Source: Utricularia gibba
Taxonomy: Eukaryota; Plantae; Magnoliophyta
Assembly: GCA_002189035.1 (NCBI GenBank)
Contig: NEEC01000027.1
Span: 62,001 to 126,000 of the forward strand
DNA: 64,000 bases
Direction: 5' to 3'
Positions 50,216 to 62,711 of the stretch are shown here, piece after piece. The notes under the pieces are model-generated. The model saw only the letters and a program-made list of their open reading frames with translations, was not told the DNA's origin and ran no database searches. Position 1 is the first letter of the stretch, and each line of letters starts with the position of its first letter. A program made the position numbers and the translations under genes.

Positions 50216-51681
50216 CTAAAGTCTGGCCTTCCTAGCAAGCTTGGACCACTCAGTATGGTAAGAGCCAGGGAGATCAATCCTCTGGTAAGTATGAGCCCAA
50301 AGTAATCCCTTTGAGCTTGCACCAGATTAGCTGGAAGTCTTTCTTGGCAATATGCATCAAAATATTGCAGACTTGCAGACATTCCCGGAACGCTGATCCT
50401 TTTCTGGATTGCCAAGCTTACCACTCTCCGCCAAGCTGCCTCTCTCTGCATCATCTCCCTTGAGAACTCGGCATCGATCAGTAGGTTCTCCAGCTCTGGA
50501 TTCCTCTGGTAAGCTTTCTTGATCCTATCCAAGAATACGGCCCTAATTATGCAGCCACCTTTCCAAATCCTTGCCAACTCTCCCAAATCCAAACCCCACT
50601 CTTTCTCTATACTCTTGGCCCTCAACAAGTTCATTCCTTGAGCATAACTACAAACCTTGGATGCATACAGAGCTTGCCTGACATCATCTACCAACTTCTT
50701 TTTATCAACTGAATCCAAACCATTTATCTCCTTCACAGCTCCACTTCTCAAGATCTTCGCTGCCTTTTCCCTCTGTTCCTTCAACCCGCTTATGTATCTC
50801 ATATCCAGTGAAGCTGCAATCGTAGGAGCCGCGATTGATAACTCGGCCGCTTCCTGCACTGTCCATTTCCCAGTTCCTTTCATCCCCGTTTTGTCCAAAA
50901 CTTTATCTACCAAAAACCCATCACCTACTTCCTCATCTTTCACCCTAAAAATATCCGATGTTATCTCAATCAAGAAGCTCTCCAACTCCCCAGAATTCCA
51001 CTCGTCAAAAATCTCACCCAACTCTTCGTTTCCCAGGCCCCCAACATTCTTTAGCACGTCATACGCCTCTGAAATCAACTGCATATCACCATACTCAATC
51101 CCATTGTGCACCATTTTCACAAAATTCCCAGACCCACCTTTTCCTATGTATGTAACACAAGGCCCATCATCCACCTGCGCCGCGACTTTGTCAAGAATAC
51201 TGCGGATGTTCAGGTAAGCTTGATGCGAACCTCCAGGCATTAAAGAAGGGCCGTAACGAGCTCCTTCTTCGCCGCCGGAAACACCCATCCCCAGGTACAG
51301 TAAACCCTTAGACGAAGCTTCGGCAATGCGGCGCTCGGTATTCTCGTACCACTCATTGCCCCCGTCAATGATGGTGTCTCCGGGTTCCATGTACGCGGAG
51401 AGGGCAGCGATGGTTTGGTCCACTGGGGCTCCGGCTTTCACCAAGATAATGATAGAGCGAGGCCGTGAAATGGAGAGAACGAAATCCTTGGGATTGTATT
51501 TTCCAAAGAGAGGGAGATGGCCTTCACGGTTGGCGCGGTCCACGGTTTCATCGACTTTGGATGTGGTGCGGTTATAGACGGAGATGGGGAAGCCTTTCTC
51601 GGCAATGTTAAGAGCTAGGTTTTGCCCCATGACCGCGAGGCCGGCGAGACCAATTTGGGATATCGCAGCGGCTGATTCCAT
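50216..51681 (-). CDS. PGD: 6-phosphogluconate dehydrogenase (decarboxylating), intronless; apparent 1-nt frameshift at 50296-50298
   Basis: IGLAGLAVMGQNL; FVKMVHNGIEYGDMQ; IWKGGCIIRA; restored end QRDYFGAHTYQRID..KLARKARL*. Confidence 0.97.
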
Positions 51682-52351
51682 CCCCGTCAAAGTTGGCGAT
51701 GGTAGACGACGGAAACGAAAGGGAGGGTTTTAGATACAAATAGGTAGGCGAGGTTTCCGACTGGCGGACTTGTCGAGGAAGCGAAAAGGCAGCTAGATCC
51801 GACTCGAAACGACGCCGTATGTGGTTATTCATTCACAATTGAATTCTGGAATTCCTAGCAACTGACAGAACTGCCCAGATGCACATACGCCTGCTTATTA
51901 ACTCCCTCTTAACTGTTCCCAAGGCACCTCATCACCCATCACCACAACTCCCCAGTACAAGAAAAGCAAGCACAAGAACCAACACAGCATTCCAAACTAA
52001 CAAAGAATTTGAACCAACGAAAGGTGGATGCTGGACAGAGAATAGGGGCAGCGCAGAGCAGATGCACCGCAAGTTGATTGCATTGATCTTCATCCACAAA
52101 TCCAGCTCCTAGCTGTCTGGATGCTGCTTGCACACCTGCAGGTCGTCTGCTATGTTCGTGGAGCCTTTTTGCATGTGCAGCGGATCAAGCAAAGCCAACC
52201 AGCCTACAAGCCGCCTTGTGATGGATGCTATCTGTGAAATCCCTCGCTTTAATCCCGGATCCTAGTGCCTGCCAATAAAATCTGAGAGCGTCAGACCTCC
52301 TATGAGGACCTCCCAGGGCAACGTGTTGAGGGATGCAATATTTCTAACTCT

Positions 52352-54137
52352 TTACTTCTCATGCCTTTTCTGTGCTTTCATGAAATTAGGGAAATACATA
52401 GTAACACCAAGAGGGAAACCAAAAAATCTCATGATATTCTGGCAATCCTTTTCTGTTACTTCTTCGCTGTCAACTGAGCTCAGACGACTCAAGTAGGTTT
52501 TCCCAGTGTATACATAATAGAGTTGCTGCCACAAGAGGACGCTTAAGCCACTCCCTACTGAGATACTGCACATAAAGAGGTATACAAGAACAAGTCCTCT
52601 CATGGGTAAGAGAAGTACTGATCCCAAAAGAGCAAGCAATTTGTCTTCCAGTAATTGGAGAGCCCACTTCACCTCACCTAATTCATTTATTCTGTTGAGA
52701 GTTCTTCTTTTGAGAGGAGGCCAGATGGAGAATACCGAAAACAAAGCCATAATAGCGACATAGAGTATACTGACAAGTGTAAAGATTAGGAAGTAAACAA
52801 AACTCCGATGGTTTGCAGCGCCAACACAGTTCCCAATCTGCATGTGGAAACAAAAAATTTACGTGACATGGAAATGAAATGCCTTGAGCTAGAAATAATG
52901 GAATGAGGCGTTATCAAAATTTAAATAACTAGTTCTCAGATGTTTTCTTACACACATCCTACACGAGCGATGATCCATGTCCAATACACACAGAAAAAAA
53001 TCTAAACTTACAAAGGGGCAGTGATGATCCATGTCCAATACACACATCCTACACGAGCGACAGTGATGTGCTCTAGGTGGCTTTGGCTTTGAACAATAGT
53101 GGCAGAATGTATAGTTCTCCAGGGCACCTTTTTCCACAGCTGGATAGCTACCCCAAATGACAATGGGTGGGAAACCAGCAGGTTGGAAGGCCACCACAAA
53201 AAAAGATGACAACGTGCAAACGGATAGGATTGCTGCAACTGTCAAGTGGACAACTCCATAAAAGTAACTAACTGAGAAGATTACAGGATAGACTGCCCAA
53301 ACTCCCGCACCTGTATCACGGTCATCGGAGCTCCAGTGTGAATACAAAGAAAATGCCAAGTATTTATCAAGAATCCTATCCATTTTCAAGTATTTGATTT
53401 GTAATGCATCAATTTGACATTGCCATCCACTATATCAGTTGGACTGAGAAATTGAAGGGGTCATAGTACTTACATATGAAAAATGCCATGAATAAAACCA
53501 CAATGCCAACAAAAATCCGATCTCGGGACCATCTCCACCGGACCCATTTGTCATCACTTCTCGAGGAGTTTTCCTTCGTTATAGCTCCACACCAGCCGCA
53601 TTTAAAAGAAGATGAATAATCAGAGACAATAACATGAAGACCACAACCCCAACATATGTGCTCTAGACTAACAGAGGCTGGAGTAGTGTCCTCCTGCAGT
53701 TCAGCATATGAAGAAACTCATATCCGGTCACTCAGAGACATGATAAATCGTTACTTTTAAGGGAAAAAAACACATGATCATGTTCATGTAGAACCGATAA
53801 AAGGCAGACAAATCCCAATCCCTTAGAAAGAAAAATTAATCTTTAATTCTTTAGCCACCACAAAAGGTCAACACAACATCTCTACAAATCCTCAGCGAAC
53901 AATCTATGTCCAACGCCCATGTCACAACTATGGACAGATAGAATCCAGAAATCTCCGAACAATAATGAAATTTGTTCTTGCTTGATGACTTGGGAGTAAG
54001 GAAAGAAAAACATCATAAATCATGAGGCGTGTGGAGGAGCTACAAATGGATATCCAGTTACGCCAAAGCCTTACCACCGGGACGACGACGTAGTTACCGG
54101 CGGTGGAGCTAGGCCCGGCGGAGTTGACAAAATCCAT
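52352..54137 (-). CDS. PAT11: DHHC protein S-acyltransferase (PAT11-like), 4 exons
   Basis: ICWGCG..FKCGWCGAI; CHYCSKPKPPRAHHCRSCRMCVLDMDHHCPF/IGNCVGAANH; LWQQLYYVYTGKTYLS. Confidence 0.9.
52949..53060. repeat. Circularly permuted copy (52949-52992) of exon segment 53023-53060 inside a PAT11 intron
   Basis: Exact 36-nt unit rejoined at GA microhomology, with 8-nt terminal repeat tacacaca. Confidence 0.92.
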
Positions 54138-54765
54138 TTCACGCCTGACGAACAACACCGTGTACTGTACAAGAGGCGGAAATTAGGGATTTATATGTAA
54201 ATTGAATTACATTAAATAAACCAATTTCCAGCATTTAAATTAATTCAAATTCATTATTTTCCGTGTATATATGTTAAAAAAAAGATTTCTAGATAAAAAT
54301 AATTGTCCTTGTTCAAATCATTGGAATTGCCACTCCACGGAGGGTTCTTGTTTCCCATAAGAGCAGTGGCGTCTTGTAGTTCTTCGTTTTCCTCCGTTTT
54401 CGTGAGAAATGGGGGCGACGGGCTGTCTCTTTTCTTCTGCACAAAGTGCAAGTATCTCCCCACCAGCGTACGATTGTTGATGGAACGAAGAACAAGACAA
54501 GATGCTGCATTCCATCTCTTTCCCTCAGAAAAAAATCCCGACTTTTGACTCATTTTGAAATGCGCGAGCTCCATTATTAAAGCCTACTCATACTGCATTC
54601 TGCATATTACGCATATCTTTTAGCAGGCACAGTTCTAAATTTGTTGCTTTTACTCAATGCCTTCCACCTTTTTCTTGCAAAGAAGATAGGTTCTTTATTT
54701 TGAAAAACTACTGGGTGGAGTTGAAGTTTCTATATTGGAACCCAGAAGCCCCTCCCGTTCTTGTT

Positions 54766-56766
54766 ATGGAGAAGCGTCGCCCTCCTACGAGGCTCGTGCT
54801 TCTTTTTTCCCTGGTTTTAATTTTTGTTGATGGGGAAGTTCTTCAAGCCGACAAGCGAGCGTTGATGGATTTTGCAAGCAGACATGTGCACAAACGTCGT
54901 TTGAATTGGAACGAAAACTACCAGGTATGCACCAACTGGACAGGAGTTTCTTGCAATGAAGACGGTACCAGAGTCATATCACTACGGCTTCCAGGGTTTG
55001 GCTTTCGTGGCCCCATTCCTGAGGAAACTTTGGGCTGTTTGTCGGCATTGCAGATTCTGAGTCTAAGATCGAATATAATAACTGGGAATTTGCCCAAGGA
55101 CTTTGGTAATCTGAAAAATTTGAGCTTTTTGTATCTTCAGCGCAACCGTTTTTCAGGCCCCCTGCGTCTCAATTTCCTTGCTTGGAGCAATTTGACTGTA
55201 GTTGACTTATCCAACAATGCCTTCAATGGCAGTATAAAGGGCTCCTTGGAAATGCTGAACCATCTTGTCTCCTTGAATCTTGCCAACAATTCACTTTCTG
55301 GAGAGATTCCTGATCTACATCTTGCAAACTTACAGTCCTTGAACTTGTCTTTCAATAAGCTTGTTGGTAAAGTACCCAAATCACTTCAGAGATTTCCGAA
55401 GTCTGCGTTCATGGGAAACGATAAAGCTTTATTAGAGTATTCAGTCAGTGATTCTCCTTCTGTTGTAGCTCCGCCTGAACAGAAACCGAAATTGAGCCGG
55501 GGGCTTTGATTGGGATCATAATTGGTTGTTCTGCTTTCGGGTTACTAGGCTGTGGGTTTCTGATACTTGTTTGTATACTTCGAATAGAAGCCTCGGATCA
55601 TGATTTTCCAGGGAGATCCGCAAAAGGGAACGCGTCTCCAGAGAAATCCATCACTCGCATTGAAGAAGCCAAAAATAAATTGGTGTTCTTTCAGGGATGT
55701 GACTACGCATTTGATTTGGAGGATTTGCTGAGAGCTTCAGCAGAAGTGCTGGGGAAAGGTACATTTGGAACGTCGTACAAGGCGATACTGGAGGATGCCA
55801 CAATGGTGGTGGTGAAGAGAGTGAAAGAGGTGAGTGTCGGAAAGCGGGAATTCGAGCTACAAATGAATCTCATCGGAAGCATCAAACATGAGAATGTGAC
55901 TGAGATGAGGGCTTACTATTACTCAAAGGATGAAAAGCTTATGGTCTACGACTTCTTTGCTCAAGGCTCTGTAGCAGCAATGCTTCATGGTACCGACCAT
56001 CCTTCTTCTTTGTTAAAGAGCTGTGCGATGTGCATTGAATCTGATCGTGATCACCCTTCTCATTGTTACAGGTCAACGGGAAGGGAGGAGATTCCTCGAC
56101 TGGAACTCCCGGTTAAACATTGCTCTTGGCACTGCAAGAGGCCTCGCCCGCATCCATGAGGAGAACAACGGGAAGCTGATCCATGGAAATGTAAAATCGT
56201 CCAACGTTTTCCTTAATTCGGAAGGATTCGGGTGCGTATCTGACCTCGGCCTTTCAGCCATAATGAGCTCGTTATCTCCTCCGATGGCTCGTGCTGCCGG
56301 TTACCGAGCACCGGAGGTAACAGACACCCGAAAGGCGACTCAAGCATCCGATGTCTACAGCTTCGGAGTGATGGTACTGGAACTTGTCACAGGTAAATCG
56401 CCGGTGCAGACCACTCACGGCGACGAAATAGTCCACTTGGTCAGGTGCGCGTCACCCCTACCCCTGATTGCAAGCGCATTGCCGGAAAGAAATTCAAGCG
56501 CATTACCTGATTGTATGTAGGTATGTGTTGACTTGTGTGTTGTTAGGTGGGTGCATTCTGTGGTGAGGGAAGAGTGGACGGCTGAAGTATTCGACGTGGA
56601 GCTGCTCCGTGTACCGGGGATCGAGGAGGAGCTGGTGGAGATGCTGCAGATTGCGCTGGCTTGCGTAACGAGGGTGCCGGAGCAGCGGCTGAAGATGGCG
56701 GAGGTGGTGAGGATGATCGAGAACGTGAGAGCGTGTGATTCCACCTCCAAGACGGCGGAATCCTGA
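54766..56766 (+). CDS. LRR-III receptor-like pseudokinase, 3 exons; apparent 1-nt frameshift at 55499-55503
   Basis: Signal peptide, LRRNT (CTNWTGVSC), ~5 LRRs, TM; [17 protein letters not shown]; catalytic loop HGN instead of HRD; DLG instead of DFG. Confidence 0.93.
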
Positions 56767-57677
56767 GTTTGATTCATGGCTCCGTATGAAAGAAAAACAA
56801 GGGAGGGGGTCCCTGCCTGCGCGGGCGGGCGGCCAGTGGATCAATGATTGCAGGATTCCACGTTCCTTCTTTCACCTCGTAGGAGGCCGCAACGCAACAC
56901 AACGCATTAACTAATGCATTCCATTTCAATAACTGAAGTTAGGGTGAGTTATTAGTATTCAGACAGTCTGGTGGGAGTACTCATCATTGATTGCATCACC
57001 CCGACTTCCCCTTCCTTCCACACAGCCCTGCCCCTGCCCCTGGGCCAGAAGGAAGTTAAGTTAGTTTCCCCCTGGCGCCGGACTGCGAGAGACGATGATG
57101 CACATCACCAAGCTCCTATTGGCACCAGGAGTTCCTCTGGTTTTATAATAAATCAAATCCCAAGGCGCAACTGTTACCTACAGGATGTCCTCTGCGTTCT
57201 GGGGCTGGATGGGTTGAAGTGGGAGCCCGATTCTTGGTGCATGCGTAAGTGTGGCGATCATTAAAGTCCTCCCACAAATGCTCAGCCCTCACTTCACCCG
57301 CTGTTCCGTGCCAGGATTTTACTCACTGCAACATAACGGAACTGCTGCTGGGATTTGAATTCCAGTTTTGACCCCCCAAGGAGCCGAACAGCCGGGGAGG
57401 AGGTGGTGCATCATAAAGAACGACTGCCGCTCTGCATCATTTTCTCTGATTCTATAAAAATCCTACCATTCATCTTCTTCTGTCGCTCCGATCCAACGGA
57501 GGAGATAGCAAAAGAAGGGGAGACACTAGGACATCTGAATACAGAAGCCAGAAAAAGCTTCCTCTCTTGCTAGATCTATCTCCTTCTGGCAGAGGTTGCT
57601 GGTCTTTTTGAGTCCCTGAACCCTTTTTCGAGTTTGCCTTTCACGAATGAGAATCTGAAGCAGCAGCAATCAGAAAT

Positions 57678-58575
57678 ATGTCGTTTCCTTGTGGAGTCAG
57701 GTTCAGTGAGCATGTCACTCGGACCACGGCTGTTTCCGGTTTCTTGCGGAGGACTTTACGTATTTCCGTAACTGACCAAGACGCGACTGATTCGTCTAGT
57801 GATGAGGAGGGCGTGTCTCTCAAGCGCCGCCATGTGCGCCGGTATGTGAATGAAGTCGTCGTACTCAAGCCCGAGAAGGGAGGCGGTAACTTCCTTCGCA
57901 GGGCGAATGCCGGGAAGCAGAAGAAGGAGGCGGTGGATGTTGATAAGAAGTTCCGTGGAGTGCGGCGGAGGCCGTGGGGAAATGGGCGGCGGAGATTCGA
58001 GATCCCCTGCGGCGCACTAGGCTTTGGTTGGGTACCTACGAAACAGCGGAGGAAGCCGCTAAGGTGTACGACCGCGCGGCCGTTCAACTCCGTGGCCCCA
58101 ACGCTCTCACCAACTTCTCTAATCTCCCGACGAAGGCGCTTAAAACTACCTCCGGCGAAGAAGACTCGCAAAGCAGTGACAAGTCACCCAGCTCCGTACT
58201 CCGCTGCGTAACGCGCGAAAATCCCCCCAACTCACCGTCCAAGAAAGACATCTTCGCCGACATCGGAAACCCTGTGCTCATACCCGAGCAGATCGACCTA
58301 ACGACGGGCTTCTTGGATGATGCCTTCTGTTTGGACGATATCTCTAATGATGATATTGTCTTCGGATCCAACCTCGTTATCGGATCCGGGTCCCCCTTTG
58401 GCCATACGACGACTACTTCAAACAAGATATCTGCGACGTTTTTGGGTCGGATATCAAACCAGGAGCGTTGGAGTTGGGTATTTCAAAATATCCACAGGAA
58501 AATTCCACTGCCCAGACCAAAATTCCATCTCCCACAGAGACACAAAAGTCGCACGCCACCCTCTCCAAGGCCTAA
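57678..58575 (+). CDS. CRF: Cytokinin response factor (AP2/ERF with CRF domain), intronless; two apparent 1-nt frameshifts (~57976-57982, ~58392-58396)
   Basis: CRF domain [18 protein letters not shown]; AP2 [32 protein letters not shown]; SP(S)SVL motif; restored tail WPYDDYF..DVFGSD. Confidence 0.92.
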
Positions 58576-58620
58576 ATACCTTCGTTCCTAGTTTCTTGGC
58601 TGCTGGTTTGAATTCCGATA

Positions 58621-59853
58621 CTATTCCTTTACGCCGGTGTGGAGAATGCTTGCTTGGTTGTTCCACAGCTGAGAAGAGACGAATTTTGAGATAGCTTGCG
58701 CAGCTAAGCTGTCAGCCGTTTCCTGATCATGCCCCGGATGCTGATGCTTCTTGGCTATCTTGAAAGAGTGATCACCTCCTTCAACCACATGCAGTTCATT
58801 GATACAACCCATTCTCGTCCTCACAGCTTCCAGCTTCTCCAGAGAACACATCCCGTCCTTGTTGCCCTGTGACCAGGCATCTCACGCCAATGTTTTTTAG
58901 ATGTTGAAAGGTCGAAAGATGCACAAAAAGGTCTAATCGTTTACAATGCTCGTACTTGGACAAACATTGCAGGGACAGTGAGTCGCAGAAGTACGTCATC
59001 CCGCACAGCCCCATTCATTCCCTAACAAGTGTTTTTAATAGAAGTGATCATAAAAGTGCAGAACAAAAACATAATTGTGATGTATGTGGGGATGAAACCT
59101 GCAAGGGATATCCCAGACAAACAATCGCTGATGCTTTAATATCCTTCTGTGCTGCAACCATGCAACTGACCCTGGATATTGTGCAGGAAGACAAATGAAT
59201 GGAAATATTGCTTTTAGGGGGCCAAAGCATAGTGAAGGACAAACCTTGATCCCATCGATTTCCCAATCAAGACCAATGGATGGCCAGGGTGCTTTGCCAC
59301 AGCACGACGGACTATATCTGTATGAAAATCAACCAACTTTTCTGCCTTAGGAGGTGGCCTCCGTTTCTCCCCAGAAAAGTCTGATTCAAAAGTTCCATAC
59401 AACACAAAAGTTGTGAAATTTCTCTCATATGAGACAGCACTGTCATCCATACTCCGAAAAATTATATAATCAATGGGAATAAACTTCAACAGCATGCACT
59501 CACATGGATAATCGAAGGTGATCACCTCAACAGCATCCAGTTCAGAGGCCAGTAAGCCTTTCCACCTGCAGCAAAAGGTGCAATCAAAGAAAAGAAACTT
59601 CATCCGGAATCTAAAGATGCGAAACAATGTCCACCCTGTAGTAAGCCAACCTAATCATCCAATCCGAGGAGGAGGGAGCCCCAGCCCCATGAGCGAAGAC
59701 TACAACAGGAGACTTCTTTATCGTCTCACCACCACTCAATCTCTCCGTTCCCACGTCACGGGTTTCAGCGTCCTCGCCTTCTGGAGACCCCGTAACTTCT
59801 TGGAATTGTTCCGGGGCAGCGCGCTTTCTCTTTCGACGGGGTTCCCCAGCCAT
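58621..59853 (-). CDS. Alpha/beta-hydrolase (KANSL3-like), 6 exons
   Basis: NLS-like RRKRKR; VVFAHGAGAPSSSDW; GKSMG nucleophile elbow; CLGYPL; GNKDGMC; EGGDHSF. Confidence 0.9.
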
Positions 59854-60362
59854 TACCCCTGCAACAAGCAGATTACCCCGAGACGGAACACCATAATCAA
59901 AGAAGCAGAAGCCTAGACTCCAGTTTTGGCGGTAAAAGGAAGGGGGTCGAAACGGGCCTTCAGGTTGAAGCCCATGAAAAAGCCTGGCCCTTACTAGGAT
60001 AAAAGTCATTTCGCGCCAACCCACCCCCAATGAGATGACGCCAGCAAGAGCCAGAAGACAACCAATCATATGATGGCAGCAAGAGAGACGCGGGGGATTT
60101 GACCGGTCTCTCAGCTTTTCCGTATCTCGTCTTTTCAAAAGAATTAAAAAAACTACATTCTTGAAATAAGCAGCCAAATCTCCTAATTAACACAAACAGT
60201 TGCAGGGCAGGGCGAAACACAGGAGGAGGAGGGAAGGAGGAGCAGACGACGAAGGCCAACCAAAAATGGCCCTCTCACTGCTTGCTTATTCATCCCATCC
60301 CATCCCATCCCATCCTCGTCAAAAATACTAAACACAAAAATGCATCTTCATTCAATGTGTTT

Positions 60363-60870
60363 TCACGAGAGCTCTTGGTTTTTCTCCACGATCCTCACTT
60401 CCTTGGCAGATCTGAGCACATTTGCCTGACAACGCAATCACCCAACAAATTAAGTGGTTGAGTAAACATCTCCTCAGCGTGCCTCAAGGAAAAAAGATGC
60501 TCAGGCACCCCAGGAATGCGGGCTTGATGATGTGTGCTGGTTAGTTAGTTAGGTGACGTACTTGGTGATCCGTGATTTCGACGGCGAACCCATCGACGAT
60601 GACGAGGGAGATGGTCTTGTTGTAAGTACCCGGCAGGAGGTTGTCGGCGAGCACCCTGTCATGCTTCTTGCTCAGGTACGAATCCAGCAGGTGCGCTCCC
60701 CTCTTGCTTCTGCGACCCAAGTTGGATCGATCACCAAGCGACAACACAGGAGTAGGAGAGGACTAGGAGGAGGGAGGGGGCACTTACTTGTCGGACCGGA
60801 GGCGCTCGTACTCCGGATCGTAGTTCATAAATACGAAGTGAAGGTGAGGCTCCGCGTCAATATTATTCAT
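60363..60870 (-). CDS. Small stand-alone peptidase-inhibitor I9 / subtilase-propeptide-like protein (~98 aa), 3 exons
   Basis: Exons HFVFMNYDPEYERLRSD / SKRGAHLLDSYLSKKHDRVLADNLLPGTYNKTISLVIVDGFAVEITDHQ / ANVLRSAKEVRIVEKNQELS* with GT-AG phases that join; H..L, GFAV and L...V..VE pattern typical of I9. Confidence 0.72.
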
Positions 60871-61483
60871 CTCCAACCCCCGGTGCTGTCTTCAGGGGGA
60901 TGAATATTCGGAATGGAATGGAATGGAAAGAAAGGGGGAAGAAGCCATTGATTGATGACATTAAAAAGGCTGGCTGGCAGAAAGGCAGGCAGGCAGGCAG
61001 GCTCGCCCCTGAATCATTGCATTGCATTGCATTGCACTACCCCCCTCTGGTGGGTGGGCCTCAGGTACTCGTGTCCAAATTTAGAACTCCATGCTTTTCA
61101 GATTCGGCTTATTGGAGCACCTCAACCTTAAACCACGCTAATGATTCAGAATACTTGCTGCTTTACTGTTGAGTTTCACCCACAGCAACCATGGAATGGA
61201 AGGATGCGTTCAGAAACACTGACTGCAGTTAAAAATGTGTTGAGGTAAAAACAAAAATACTCAGGAATATTTGTAATAGTGGCGTGTGGTCCCGACATCA
61301 CGTGCGTGACCCCCGGTCCCCACCCACAACAGCCACAGCCAGCCCCCTCACGTGTCGGCAGATGATTGATCAGAAAGAGAGAGAGGCTCACCTGGCCATG
61401 GTGTGCCTAATCAGTCACTCCACCGGCACCGGGCTCATATTTTATCACTTCTACAAACGGTGTACATCCCTCCCATTCGCCGG

Positions 61484-62390
61484 TCACCAGACAGCTGAGA
61501 GCACGCCCCAGGGGTTGACCTCAACCGCCGCGCCGGACACGTCGGAACACTCAGGATCCAGCTGGTAAAGGGTGCTTCTTTCACGCCATGGATGAGGCCT
61601 GCTTCTAGAACATTCTTGATTGCCATTCCTATCGAAATACTCGTCTGATGGTCTCCGGCATCCCCCAGCGATCTGGATTCCTTGCCTTGCATTCTCCATG
61701 TAAAGGTTCGATACCCGTTATTCCGGATCACGCCTGCCCTGCCGATGGTTGTACACAGCTATATATGTTCAGCTAGGACATCTTCCACTCCACCACAAGT
61801 TTCGATCCCGACTGCGACTCCGGAAAAAGGCGATGATCCGCACCGTATTCATCCCCGCCACTCTTAATGGGTACCAGATCCTCCATCTCCCGCGGAAATG
61901 TACGAATCTCCAATACATACGTCGGTGCCTGAATCTACAGCAATTAGTTGATACCCCAGAAGAACCAACCAGGGAAGTGTCATTCCGTTGCAGAGTGTAG
62001 AATGGAAAGGGGCCAACACGGTCACGTGGGCGGATCACAACATGGCTGTCTAGCATGTACCTCTGAAACGCAAGCAATGTAGCGAGGTTCACATTTTCTT
62101 TCAGTTCCTGCACACACACAGGGTGTGTGTACCAGAAGGGCGAGTCTTGGAAGACAAGATCGGAGGGTCATGATGGTTCCTGGAATGAATGCCAACCTCC
62201 CAAATGACGATCTGTTATGTATCAGTGATGGTATGAATTTATTAGCTTCAGCATTCAACGTGAGCAGCGACGGCCCACGCCTGAGCTGACCCTCCCTCAT
62301 TCAGGCTCCTAATTCAGTTTACTGCCCAATGGTGCTTCTGTTGCACATCAACATCCACGGCTGTCGCTGTGGATGGCATGTGATCGACGG
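61484..62390 (-). pseudogene. Degraded polygalacturonase (GH28) pseudogene
   Basis: Collinear PG fragments in shifting frames: VDHMPS, SDLVFQDSPFWYTHPV, SHVVIR/HVTVLAP, DSGTDVCIGDSYISAGD, IKSGGDEYG, SPFSGVAVGIETCGGVEDVLAEH, YMENARQGIQIAG, AGLIHGVKEAPFT, CSDVSGAAVEVNPW; internal stops. Confidence 0.85.
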
Positions 62391-62711
62391 CCCGCAGGGC
62401 AGGGGAGGGCCCCAGAGCCCATGTGCTCTTGGTCTTATTCTTCATTTAAATCATGGTCCCTTTCTTCCCAAGGGACTGCATAAACCACCCACCCCACACA
62501 GTCTCATCCAAAATGTTGGTAATTAGACGAGGGAAATGCACAAGGCAAGTAAGGTTCGGTACATACAAGATGGGTAGGAATGGTGGACGATCTCTCTCCC
62601 TCCCACCTTGGGCATGTATGCGCTTACTAGCTACTCAACTCCAGGTAAAAGATACAGTAAGTAGGTACAACAAAGCAACGCCCATAGATGATGCTCAAGA
62701 GCTCCATGAGT

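Noticed and set aside
50176-50300. Apparently novel C-terminal extension of 6PGD (GLILTRGLISLA..)
   Set aside because: One added G restores the canonical GAHTY ending; probable homopolymer error.
55680-56400. Loss of catalytic residues (HGN, DLG) in the LRR kinase
   Set aside because: Normal for LRR-III atypical receptor kinases.
61700-61720. GGTTCGATACCC T-loop-like motif
   Set aside because: No cloverleaf; lies within the PG pseudogene. No tRNA, rRNA, CRISPR array or transposon was recognised in the window.
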